Origin: Candidatus Poribacteria bacterium
GTDB lineage: Bacteria; Poribacteria; WGA-4E; UBA9662
NCBI GenBank assembly: GCA_046582655.1
Contig: JAYGDX010000195.1
Coordinates: 28,568 to 92,567, forward strand
Direction of reading: 5' to 3'
DNA: 64,000 nucleotides
The notes below the pieces were generated by a model, which made no database searches, was not told where the DNA came from, and saw only the letters and a list, made by a program, of their open reading frames with translations. A program made the translations under genes and the position numbers. This document shows, piece by piece, positions 20,501-28,850 of this stretch; within the stretch, counting starts at the first letter, position 1; each line of letters begins with the position of its first letter.

Positions 20501-21824
20501 CAACTGTTAGACTAACGGCATCCGGTTCATCAGCACCAGCTGAAGCCAGCACAATAACACCAGCACTAGTACCTATACTAATGCTGGCTCTCAGTTGATC
20601 GACATCCTTGGGACCATAGTTAGATTTTTCGGCATAATACAACATGATCTTTGCTTCAGGATTTGGACCAACTGCACTAAAATCGATAATACCCTGATCA
20701 TCAAAGCGAGTCGGCGGCAATCTATCTGGAACCAGTATCTTTATCACAGGTTGCTCTGGCATCTGGGTGATAATTGGCCCAGTTGAACTAAAATTCTTGC
20801 TTGGCCCCGCAGAACCGGATACGCTGAACCCAAAACCAGTTTTTGCTTCGATAATTATCCCTAATTTATCGTTTTCCCTGGCAACATCCTCAGGCTCAAC
20901 CTTTGCCACTAGTATAAAGTTGTTTGTTACTGGCTCAATTGAATCAAGCGTCCCTTTAATTTCCTCATCTAGATCAAAAACCATGGTAACGACATCCGTC
21001 TGAACTTCACCGATGGCACTATCACTTTCATTGAACATTTTAAATGGTTCAGCATCCCGATAAAGACTTAAAGCTGCTACTGATTCACGAACAAAAGGTG
21101 GTTCAAATCGCAGGGAAAGAGACCTAAGGTTCTGCGTAACATCTGATTTTATTTCAATCGCGGCAAGTTCAATCGATCTTCCGAAAGATACCGGGACATT
21201 TTCTTTGAGGGCAGTTACCGTAATCGACTCAATTCCCCTGACTGTTGAACCTTCTACTACTCTTTGATCTGCGGGTGGTGCAACAGCCGCAGCCTGCAAA
21301 AAGAAAAAAGCGTTCTTACCAAAATTCAAAACTATTTGATCGCCACGCTTAGTTTGCTCCGACTGTACAACAACAACCAGCAGGAAATTAGTAACCGTCT
21401 GTTCGTCAAGCGTACCAATCGGATATCCTAAACCTCGTTTCTGCAAATTCAACAGTGCTCTACCGTTCTCATCCAATTTTCCGTCGGTAACAAATTCTCC
21501 CGCGTTCCTATCAGATACCCCATCACTGTTAACGTCTTCATAAAGCTCAATCCTGTCAACAGCATTAGCACTAATTCCTTTGCTACCTTTATTATCTGGA
21601 CTCTGATTCGAAACTCTTAGAAAAAACCATTGATCCTGATTTCCGTCATCAGTGATAGCAATCTTTGAAACAACAGCCTCTAAATCACCAGGATCCACGA
21701 TATAATCGCTTGTTACAGGTTCTATTTTAATATTGGTAACAAGCCCCCAAGAAAGGCCTGTAATAAGAACCAAACTAGAAATACAGGTAACCGCAAGTAG
21801 GAACTCTTGGGTTGTTTTCTTCAT
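17595..21824 (-). CDS. 1409-aa secreted scaffoldin-like protein: Ig-like repeats, cohesin, carboxypeptidase-regulatory-like domain, dockerin, second cohesin, FlgD-Ig/T9SS-type C-terminal domain
   Basis: Dockerin GDVDNDNRINIADL...ADINNDGKVNLSDFSILARNFG; cohesins GEEFDVAVQL...GASIYLTFDDRFLQV and GYAFEVEYDPQSLKL...GSGSLAKFRF; CTD QNYPNPFNPETWIPY...WDGQNDFGEKVASGVYFY...KKMVILK. Confidence 0.85.
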   Translation of the reverse strand: MKKTTQEFLLAVTCISSLVLITGLSWGLVTNIKIEPVTSDYIVDPGDLEAVVSKIAITDDGNQDQWFFLRVSNQSPDNKGSKGISANAVDRIELYEDVNSDGVSDRNAGEFVTDGKLDENGRALLNLQKRGLGYPIGTLDEQTVTNFLLVVVVQSEQTKRGDQIVLNFGKNAFFFLQAAAVAPPADQRVVEGSTVRGIESITVTALKENVPVSFGRSIELAAIEIKSDVTQNLRSLSLRFEPPFVRESVAALSLYRDAEPFKMFNESDSAIGEVQTDVVTMVFDLDEEIKGTLDSIEPVTNNFILVAKVEPEDVARENDKLGIIIEAKTGFGFSVSGSAGPSKNFSSTGPIITQMPEQPVIKILVPDRLPPTRFDDQGIIDFSAVGPNPEAKIMLYYAEKSNYGPKDVDQLRASISIGTSAGVIVLASAGADEPDAVSLTVGSEVTSIVWDTHEIPEGTYTIYGIIEDFTAISSDLARSFGKIEVRHDVDISNLSPKDDTAVTDGSFVIQWNDKKNRGNARINLFYSPLDLSTADVVSLSENAELIVVDLSEDDDGTLGQYKWDFTTARVPESKDGVYIYAIISDRDSGSKTEKQIKQKAVRSDGKVIITYPPLIKLISPIREGSKAITEFTLSWLSEDLDNNGVSVSLYYHQRHTETAIDILIDSIGNQSTSLSGTIAEGVSATPTNIGQDSYSWDIQSFESENGVNLNGSYYIYARIADSSGNEGYDISSGTLTIRKVQIRLRPNALVAGPGEEFDVAVQLRSSAIAISGASIYLTFDDRFLQVGNAEQPFRQLSSSDELRIQGIENPTGQQLEDYKKTLVFDFDDAEANQQEILENDNHGDTVEDSMANGISGYQLDYSVVVKNANSIVKLNEYRTLAKIGFKVKKDVGTRPINTTISFDFDEATNNRSTSVVAVNESADVEDISPIAVNPALRVQVVPYASITGKILLEGRQDHSSLITFALRRPGQMKDIPIGLSAVPAPKPNANKEAAVSVDQEVITSITNDEDPALEGIQITPKPDGTYTINGIPTGTWELVAKAPSYIRGQYMSKTRGTNSYVLRVVPGDKLQDINIYSQGGKSQRLTGGDVDNDNRINIADLSTLMTVFGTVEGSDIFNKDADINNDGKVNLSDFSILARNFGKLGVPPTVSSGPPPAAAPSIISDVIRLSMPITPEVVQMNEVINVSFVADFNRVRGYAFEVEYDPQSLKLIEDSVQEGELFQENADRSQPFFISRDYETNYGTRKIIVANMIAGNEDSIVGSGSLAKFRFIARTDNISELRFKELTIVGDDQNLVKLPDVWNRSIEPLKVPSQTELIQNYPNPFNPETWIPYRLSQPSPVTIMVYDATGQQIRRIDIGIQPVGDYTRKNHAIYWDGQNDFGEKVASGVYFYELVTNHYDAIKKMVILK

Positions 21825-21893
21825 ATTCCCTTCCTAAAAAATACATTATAAAATAAATTCAATCACTACTGATCCAACATGAAGCAAGCTTGT

Positions 21894-23297
21894 TTAACCG
21901 AACATATTTAATAAACTTGATGCTGATGCCATTAACTGGGAACCCGTAGATAAACTTGCACTCAGAAGTGCTTGTTGGGTTTGATATTCAATGAGCGCAG
22001 TTGTCATATCAATTTCTTCAACCTTCTGCAGAAAACCTTTTAGTCCCATGATCTGATCTTCAAGCCTAGATCGCATGGTATGAAGACGGTTGATCCTCGC
22101 ACCAACCTCAGTTTGGTGCACAGTAACCTGTACGGTCGTATGTTCCAGCATACGCGTCACATGACCGATAGGCCCCATTCCGCCGTTACGGACTGCATTC
22201 CGCAAGTCGATTAGATGATCAAAGACTCTTTGAAAAACGATGCTACCGGGAACACCTGTAGGAACAAACGAATTACGCCCAACACGCTCCTGTTTGGTTC
22301 CATTATCACCTGTATATCGAACACCAATAATATCACCTATGCCAATTTCTTCATTCTTAAGAACTTCAGCACCTCTGGCTATAGAATAACTACGTTGCAA
22401 AGAGTGCTTCAACCTAATCACAGCCCGATTTTCGAGAATGTCTGTTTCCACACTTTCAACAAGTATATCTTCACCCCCATCAACATCCTGAATCCTGATT
22501 AGTTGGCCTGATTCAATCGTATTTAGCACCTGCTCCAATGGGAGTACTAAAGAACCTACAGCAGCGTCTCTGGTCAACGGTGTCACTATTGATCCGTCAG
22601 CATTTGAGATTTGCGCATTTCCATCAACGAAGTAAGGCCGTGTTAACTGTCCTGTCACCGTAATCACAGATCGGTCGCCGACAGTTTGGATTGATTCAAT
22701 TAAAACTGTCTCACTTACGTCTCCACTAGATAAAACAATTTCGTCACCATCATTAAAATTACTGCCGTCGCCTGCAGAAACTTCTAAGGTGCGCAGTGAC
22801 GGATCACTTAGAATGGCATATTGACGAGTGAAAGGTGTAGTCGATCCGCGCTGTGTTTCAAACGCTACACCTTCAGTTTTGGTTCCAGCAAATAGGGGGG
22901 TACCAGCAAAATCAATATTCACCATATCCAACACGGACTCAATTAACTGACCGATCTCAGCGGCATAATATTTGTAATCACTAGAACTGTTGGTGTCAGA
23001 CATGGCCATGTGAGCCAAGTCCTGTGCCCGAAAAAGAACGTCCGACACCCCTTGATAAGCCCCATTAGACACATTCATTAGCGCTTCTGAATGTTCGGTA
23101 TTTGAGACAAACTGCTCACTTTGAGCAATGTTTGCTTTTAAATCCAGTATACGATTTGCGCGACCAGGATCTGCTGAAGGCTTATCAACCTTAAGACCCG
23201 TGGACAACTGCATTTGCGCTCTTTCTAAGGCTCCAAGCCGTAACTCAATTCTTTTTTTGAGATTATTTCCTATTGTCTGCAGCGTTACCTTTGGCAT
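21894..23297 (-). CDS. flgL: Flagellar hook-associated protein 3 FlgL, with central insertion
   Basis: QLSTGLKVDKPSADP; PLFAGTKT; YTGDNG; EVGARINRL; EEIDMTTALIEY. Follows flgK. Confidence 0.9.
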   Translation of the reverse strand: MPKVTLQTIGNNLKKRIELRLGALERAQMQLSTGLKVDKPSADPGRANRILDLKANIAQSEQFVSNTEHSEALMNVSNGAYQGVSDVLFRAQDLAHMAMSDTNSSSDYKYYAAEIGQLIESVLDMVNIDFAGTPLFAGTKTEGVAFETQRGSTTPFTRQYAILSDPSLRTLEVSAGDGSNFNDGDEIVLSSGDVSETVLIESIQTVGDRSVITVTGQLTRPYFVDGNAQISNADGSIVTPLTRDAAVGSLVLPLEQVLNTIESGQLIRIQDVDGGEDILVESVETDILENRAVIRLKHSLQRSYSIARGAEVLKNEEIGIGDIIGVRYTGDNGTKQERVGRNSFVPTGVPGSIVFQRVFDHLIDLRNAVRNGGMGPIGHVTRMLEHTTVQVTVHQTEVGARINRLHTMRSRLEDQIMGLKGFLQKVEEIDMTTALIEYQTQQALLSASLSTGSQLMASASSLLNMFG

Positions 23298-23370
23298 TGT
23301 TCATATTCCTAAAATTTGATCTAAATTAAGATATTTCAATGTAACTTGAATTTACGGTGGAGCCATAAAT

Positions 23371-24849
23371 TTATCTTGGAGCCATACGATTAATCACAGT
23401 ATCTGTCATGCCATCTATGGTTGTCATCAGACGCGCGGCTGCTTGAAAAACGCTTTGAGCTATTAAGATATCGACCAATTCTTCATCAATAGAAACTCCG
23501 GAAATATCCTGATACCTCGACTCTAGCTGCTCCCTGATAAGTTCCGCACTGTTAAGTTGTCTGGCATTGGCCTGAGTACGCCCGCCAAAAGTAACAACAG
23601 AAGAATTATAAAAATCGAAGACGTTCAGCGTGTCATCTGCAAATAATAATTTATCGCGAACTTGCACAATTTGGTTTGCGGCGCTATTATCCCCTCGTGC
23701 ACCGCTCTGACCAGCAGCGATATTATTTAAATTCGTTTTTATATCACCCGTAAGAGCAATGGTAGCAGCGGCACGCACAGGAGCCTCTAGAAGTACCTCT
23801 TCCGTACCCGAAACTACTGCTCCACTAGGAAGATTGAATTGGAAGAAAGACCTACCTGATTCGCCATCCAAACCAGTGCCATTTTGGTGTGCAACATTGA
23901 TTTCGCGTGAAAGCCTGTAGGCAACTTCATCAAGATTCTTCATGAGATCCGGTATAATTTCATCTTGTACGTTAAGCAGTCCACCGATTGCCCCCGCCTT
24001 AATCTGGACATCAGACAATCTCCTTATCCGGCTGACGACCACCTTTGACAATTGTATACTCCCACCTTCACTCTCCTTGCTCACAACCTGCAATTTATTA
24101 ACTTCTTCCCGGCGAATAATTGCAACTCCACCCAAAAAAAGCGATACTGTTCCATCAGTATCCTCAAAAACTCTAATATCAGTCAGATCTGCAATTTCAG
24201 AAACAACACTATCACGCAAATCCATGAGATCGTGCGCGGCGAAAGGGCCAACTTTTGATCTCCCAATGTCCCTGTGAACTTCAGCCAGCTGTTCTAAAAG
24301 CGAATTCACTCGGTCAATCCGAATCTGAATATCTTCTGCAAAGCCTCCCTGTATTAATTCCAATTCCTCGTAGGCACTTCTCAGATCACCAGCTAAGGCT
24401 TCACCTTTGACACGCAACTCCGCGCGAAACGCGGGGTTAGGCGGTTCTTGGGCAAGAGCTTCCCAAGCATTAAAAAACTCGGATAAAGTGGAATTAAAAC
24501 TGGACGAACCGGAAAACTCATTAAAAATAACTTCAAGACGACTTAATCCCAATTCCTCAGATTCCAAACGCCCTAACCTTTGATCAACTTGTCGAATCTG
24601 ATTTTCAACAAAAACATCACGACGCCTAGTAATGCTATTTAGAGAAACACCCGTACCCAGCTGAATTGCACGGCTGAAAGCAGAAGGTCCTCTATATGGC
24701 ATACCGGGAGTCGGCCGAATAACAGCAACCTGACGATGGTATTTTGGATCGCCCGCACTGGAAATGTTCTGCGAGCTAGTTTGAAGAGCAGACTGGTAAG
24801 CTTGCATGGTGCGCTTACCCATATCCAAGATACTAAAAAGGTTCGACAT
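23371..24849 (-). CDS. flgK: Flagellar hook-associated protein 1 FlgK
   Basis: YHRQVAV...QLGTGV...RRRDVF; FFNAWEALAQEP; ISGVSIDEELVD...QAAARLM. Confidence 0.95.
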   Translation of the reverse strand: MSNLFSILDMGKRTMQAYQSALQTSSQNISSAGDPKYHRQVAVIRPTPGMPYRGPSAFSRAIQLGTGVSLNSITRRRDVFVENQIRQVDQRLGRLESEELGLSRLEVIFNEFSGSSSFNSTLSEFFNAWEALAQEPPNPAFRAELRVKGEALAGDLRSAYEELELIQGGFAEDIQIRIDRVNSLLEQLAEVHRDIGRSKVGPFAAHDLMDLRDSVVSEIADLTDIRVFEDTDGTVSLFLGGVAIIRREEVNKLQVVSKESEGGSIQLSKVVVSRIRRLSDVQIKAGAIGGLLNVQDEIIPDLMKNLDEVAYRLSREINVAHQNGTGLDGESGRSFFQFNLPSGAVVSGTEEVLLEAPVRAAATIALTGDIKTNLNNIAAGQSGARGDNSAANQIVQVRDKLLFADDTLNVFDFYNSSVVTFGGRTQANARQLNSAELIREQLESRYQDISGVSIDEELVDILIAQSVFQAAARLMTTIDGMTDTVINRMAPR

Positions 24850-24869
24850 ACATAACTCCTAATATGAAA

Positions 24870-25367
24870 CTAAATATGGTGATCGTACATTCCCTTACCT
24901 GCCGGCGGTCGTAAACTCCCATCATCTTCGTAGGTCTTGCCCGGCTCTTCAATCCGCGTAACTTGATCGATCAGGAAACTGACATACTCATGCTCGCTTT
25001 GCAGTAATTCCTTGTTGGTCGCGTTGATATACTCAAATTCTGTCTTTACACGTTGAACTTCATCAAAAACGTCAGTGAATCTAGATTTGAGGGGTCCTTC
25101 AGCTAGCTCAATCAACGTAGCTGCATCCAGGGATTTAGGTCCGACATCGGGTAAAGCAGACAATTCAGCCAACAAATCGTCACGTTCTGATTCAATGTTA
25201 TTAATGCTGTAAATTAGCTTTTCCTTTTCAGAAATAAGATCGGCGAGATCTCCAATTTTCCTTTCAACCAGAACCTGCCGTTCCTGATAAAGCAACTCAA
25301 GAAGCTGATTATACTCCTCCAACTCATACCTAACTAAGTTATACAGATTCAAAAGTTGTTCTTGCAT
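24870..25367 (-). CDS. flgN: Flagellar export chaperone FlgN
   Basis: Helical protein EEYNQLLELLYQERQVLV...EKEKL...INATNKELL...TYEDDG directly before flgK; start at ATG 25367, downstream of the sigma28 promoter. Confidence 0.82.
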   Translation of the reverse strand: MQEQLLNLYNLVRYELEEYNQLLELLYQERQVLVERKIGDLADLISEKEKLIYSINNIESERDDLLAELSALPDVGPKSLDAATLIELAEGPLKSRFTDVFDEVQRVKTEFEYINATNKELLQSEHEYVSFLIDQVTRIEEPGKTYEDDGSLRPPAGKGMYDHHI

Positions 25368-25394
25368 ACTCAATATCCAATTGCTACAACCATA

Positions 25395-25421
25395 ATATCG
25401 ACCCACAAGGCGCAAACTTTA
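25395..25421 (-). promoter_or_regulatory. sigma28 (FliA/SigD) promoter upstream of flgN
   Basis: TAAAGTTT(25421-25414)-N11-GTCGATAT(25402-25395) versus consensus TAAAGTTT-N11-GCCGATAA. Confidence 0.85.
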
Positions 25422-25471
25422 TATATATAACTGTAGACAAAAGCCACTACATTATCAACGGCCATACCAAC

Positions 25472-26260
25472 TTATAATGTCATTCCAAGGCGGGCAAGCT
25501 GAATAGCGTTACCGATAGTGGCATCCTGAGCCATCATCACTTTCTGATTGGCTTGATATGCACGTGTAATTGCGATTAAATTGACCATTTCAGTAACGAC
25601 ACTTACATTCGACATTTCAAGCGTGCTGGAGCGAATAGTTGGACTTTCGACTGGCTCGGCCGTCAGATTTGGATCCGAAGGAACAAACATACTATTACCA
25701 AGTTTCATGAGTTTATATGGTTTCAAAAAATCAACAACCTGCAAACGATCTACAAACTCCCCATCCACTGATATATTACCTTCGGGATCAATATCCACTT
25801 CGCTACCAGTGATCTCAATTGGTCCTTTTTCTCCCAAAACCAAATGGCCCTCGGTGGTCACAAGCATGCTGTCAGCATTCAAGACGAAATTCCCATTTCG
25901 AGTATAGGCTTGGCCTACAGGAGCCTGGACTGTGAAAAACCCATCTCCGAAAACAGCCAGATCTAACGTATTTCCGGTATTTTTATAATTCGCTGATGCC
26001 ACAAAATCGTGCGCAGTTTCAGCAAAATTTGCGCCAGCCCCCAATCTGCCAACAGCAGGCCGTGGGTCGACGATAAAGTTCTTCCCAATCCTGCGGGGGT
26101 CATTAATCCTGTTCAATAACACACTTGGAAAAGCCTTTGAAATTGGAATGTCTCTTTTATAACCTGATGTATTTACATTGGCCAAATTATTAGCGATGAT
26201 ATCCAGGCGCGAGGTTTCATTGAGCATTCCAGACGCAGAAATAAACAACCCACGAGTCAT
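25472..26260 (-). CDS. flgF: Flagellar basal-body rod protein FlgF (FlhO-like)
   Basis: IIANNLANVNTSGYKRD; TGNTLDLAVFGDGFF; YTRNGNF; LEMSNVSVVTEMVNLI...RAYQANQK. Confidence 0.88.
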   Translation of the reverse strand: MTRGLFISASGMLNETSRLDIIANNLANVNTSGYKRDIPISKAFPSVLLNRINDPRRIGKNFIVDPRPAVGRLGAGANFAETAHDFVASANYKNTGNTLDLAVFGDGFFTVQAPVGQAYTRNGNFVLNADSMLVTTEGHLVLGEKGPIEITGSEVDIDPEGNISVDGEFVDRLQVVDFLKPYKLMKLGNSMFVPSDPNLTAEPVESPTIRSSTLEMSNVSVVTEMVNLIAITRAYQANQKVMMAQDATIGNAIQLARLGMTL

Positions 26261-26280
26261 AAAAATCTTCCTTCTACAGA

Positions 26281-26320
26281 AATTAGTCCATGAAGATTAT
26301 CTTAACTTCATGGACTAATT
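26281..26320. repeat. Perfect 15-bp inverted repeat between flgE and flgF
   Basis: AATTAGTCCATGAAG-ATTATCTTAA-CTTCATGGACTAATT. Confidence 0.85.
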
Positions 26321-26336
26321 CCTGAAATTTTTGAAG

Positions 26337-27962
26337 TTACCGTTTCAATCCCATGGCTTCAGTTAGAATATTATCCGCCGTGGTAATCACACGAGCATTG
26401 GCTTGGAATCCACGTTCAGTTGTGATCAGATCCGTAAACTCCTCTGTCAAATCAACGTTCGACATCTCAAGCGCACCAGAGGTGATTTCACCCATATTTC
26501 GGGTCCCAGCTGGAACGAAAGCAGGCGCACCTGATGAAGGAGAAGTCGTCACCATGGTATCTGATAATACGGACAAACCTTCAGTATTCGGGATATCCGC
26601 AGCGGCAAGCTGGGCAATGGCCTTATTAACACCGTTAGAGAAAATACCATCAATTAATCCGGTGGCACTGATACTGAACGAGACTAAATTTCCCGGTCCG
26701 ACACCATCTTGCCTTTGAGCAAGGGCATCATGACTATCAGCAAACTGTGTCAAGTTTTGAAAATCGAGTCTGACTGCAAGTTCTCCCGCCCCAGAGGCGT
26801 TACCTTCAGCATCAATTGGCAGAACATTAATATAAGCAACGCCAGGCTGTGCCATCGAAAATGAAGCGGTCTGGTTGTTAAATTGGAGTAACCCCGTATT
26901 AACCTTTTCATCATCATCGGTAACAATTTTGGCATCGGTTATGTGCTCGCTTTCTATGCTCCACCTCCACGTCCCTGCAGGGTTTACGGTACCATCTTCC
27001 TGTATAGGCTCTTTGGTGAAAGTAATTTCAGCGTCGTGGCGTTGTCCTAGACCATCAAAAATACCAATCTCGGTTTTATGGAATTTCGAAATATACTCAA
27101 GCGAGGCAGTACCAGTCTTGATTTCCTCACCAAATGTAAGGGTAACAAGTTGCCTGCCATCTTCATCTGCGAAGGTCACCTTGCCATCAGCATCGATTGG
27201 TACTGATGCATCTCCATCTAGAGAAGCTGTAAAGGTATCGGCTCCTTCCGCCCTTTCGACACGGACCTTGTGAGATCCTGGTCTTAAATTCCCACCATCT
27301 TTAGCTGGTGTAACAGAGCTTAGCAGGCCTGTGCCACCATCAGAAACAACTTCAACCGCGCCAGCTCTAGCATCTAAGTTGGACGCAAACTGAACAAACG
27401 AAGTTTTCCTTGATATCGAGCGCATGAATGGAAAGGAAATTGAGCTTATTGCGTCCGGATTGGCCGTGTTGACCTCACCTGTTACAGGATTCGCCTGCCA
27501 GCCTAGCACTTTATACCCATTTGGTCGATAAATTAAATTGCCGTTTTGATCAATGCCGAAATTCCCATTCCTGGTGAACGCCCTGATGGAAGACGCTTTA
27601 ATAGATCGGGACGTTTCTTTCTGAGCTTTTGTTCCTCCAGCAGGAACCTCCAAAACGAAGTGGCCTTTCCCGCGGAACATCAAATCAGTTGGCATATCAG
27701 TTGTCATCGCACTACCGTTTCTCTGTAACACGTCAATAGAACTAATTTGGGAACCCGTACCAACCGCTTGTGGGTTGACGCCCCCTCTATCTCCCTGCGC
27801 GGCTACCGCAGCTTTCAAAGTTTGTGAAAATGCCTCACGGAAAGTAACGCGAGATTTCTTGAACCCAATTGTGTTAATATTTGACAGGTTATGAGCAATA
27901 ACATTGATCCTAGTTTGATGGTTTTTTAACCCACTCAATCCTGCATAAAGTGCACCAATCAT
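26337..27962 (-). CDS. flgE: Flagellar hook protein FlgE
   Basis: LSGLKNHQTRINVIAHNLSNINTIGFKKSRVTF; FTRNGNF; GALEMSNVDLTEEFTDLITTERGFQANARVITTAD. Confidence 0.96.
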   Translation of the reverse strand: MIGALYAGLSGLKNHQTRINVIAHNLSNINTIGFKKSRVTFREAFSQTLKAAVAAQGDRGGVNPQAVGTGSQISSIDVLQRNGSAMTTDMPTDLMFRGKGHFVLEVPAGGTKAQKETSRSIKASSIRAFTRNGNFGIDQNGNLIYRPNGYKVLGWQANPVTGEVNTANPDAISSISFPFMRSISRKTSFVQFASNLDARAGAVEVVSDGGTGLLSSVTPAKDGGNLRPGSHKVRVERAEGADTFTASLDGDASVPIDADGKVTFADEDGRQLVTLTFGEEIKTGTASLEYISKFHKTEIGIFDGLGQRHDAEITFTKEPIQEDGTVNPAGTWRWSIESEHITDAKIVTDDDEKVNTGLLQFNNQTASFSMAQPGVAYINVLPIDAEGNASGAGELAVRLDFQNLTQFADSHDALAQRQDGVGPGNLVSFSISATGLIDGIFSNGVNKAIAQLAAADIPNTEGLSVLSDTMVTTSPSSGAPAFVPAGTRNMGEITSGALEMSNVDLTEEFTDLITTERGFQANARVITTADNILTEAMGLKR

Positions 27963-28009
27963 TTTATCATTTACCCCCTAATTTATTATGAGCGCCCAAC
28001 CCAATGCGT

Positions 28010-28420
28010 TTATGAGCGCCCAATGCGTAAAGCATCTCTTGCCATTATTTTTGCTGCATTAATTGCCTGAACATTCGCTTCATACGACCGAGTAGCTGTA
28101 ATCATGTCCACCATTTCAGTAACCGTGTTCACATTTGGCATGTGAACGTAACCATTTTCATCTGCATCCGGATGCCCGGGATCAAACTTGAGTTTCAATG
28201 GATTTGATAAGGACCGATCCTCTCGAATTCCATTTGGTGGAATGTAAACTCCCTTCAAATTCGGCTTTGCCATATAGGTCACAAGCATCCTTCGAAATGG
28301 GCCTCCAGATTCAGTACGCGTGGTGTTTACATTTGCGATGTTATTCGCAATTACTTCCATCCGCGTCCTTTCTGCCGTTAAGCCAGATGCACTGGAGATG
28401 ATTGCTGTTATAAAACTCAT
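28010..28420 (-). CDS. flgC: Flagellar basal-body rod protein FlgC
   Basis: SASGLTAERTRMEVIANNIANVNTTRT...GPFRR; DPGHPDADENGYVHMPNVN..EMVDMITATRSYEANV. Confidence 0.96.
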   Translation of the reverse strand: MSFITAIISSASGLTAERTRMEVIANNIANVNTTRTESGGPFRRMLVTYMAKPNLKGVYIPPNGIREDRSLSNPLKLKFDPGHPDADENGYVHMPNVNTVTEMVDMITATRSYEANVQAINAAKIMARDALRIGRS

Positions 28421-28434
28421 AAACCCCTTCCTAA

Positions 28435-28836
28435 CTATACAATTATGGCACTATCAATATTTGTAAAAACATTATCTTTCATGCGATCACTATCAACTAC
28501 TGTTACGACTGTCCGGTTTTTGACACTTACAATCATCGCAAGATCATCCATCAATAACAAAGAATCAGTTGCTCCCTTCTGCGAAGCGCGATCTATGGCC
28601 GACTCAATCTTGGCCATATCATTCGAGGTTAAATTTATCTGTCGTACATCTAAACGTCCTTGAGCGTGAGCGCTGAATTGCACTCGCTGCCCTTGCTTAT
28701 CCACCAAGCGCTGATTAAGCACTTTCTTGAAGGAAATGTTCCTGCTCTGCTTCCCTTTCGGCACTCTCGATAACGAAGGAGACTTTGCCTGCTCAACCGA
28801 CTTATGTGCGTTTACTTCGTTAGTACGAACAGCCAT
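28435..28836 (-). CDS. Flagellar operon protein (TIGR02530 family)
   Basis: FSAHAQGRL...KGATDSLLLMDDLAMIVSVKNRTVVTVVD...NVFTNIDSAII, next to flgD. Confidence 0.9.
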   Translation of the reverse strand: MAVRTNEVNAHKSVEQAKSPSLSRVPKGKQSRNISFKKVLNQRLVDKQGQRVQFSAHAQGRLDVRQINLTSNDMAKIESAIDRASQKGATDSLLLMDDLAMIVSVKNRTVVTVVDSDRMKDNVFTNIDSAIIV

Positions 28837-28850
28837 CTATTACGATAATC

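Noticed and set aside
17595..21824. Cellulosome
   Set aside because: No glycoside hydrolase or CBM modules are recognisable; the context is flagellar.
21894..23297. Flagellin (fliC)
   Set aside because: Position after flgK and the LFAGTKT/YTGD motifs indicate FlgL.
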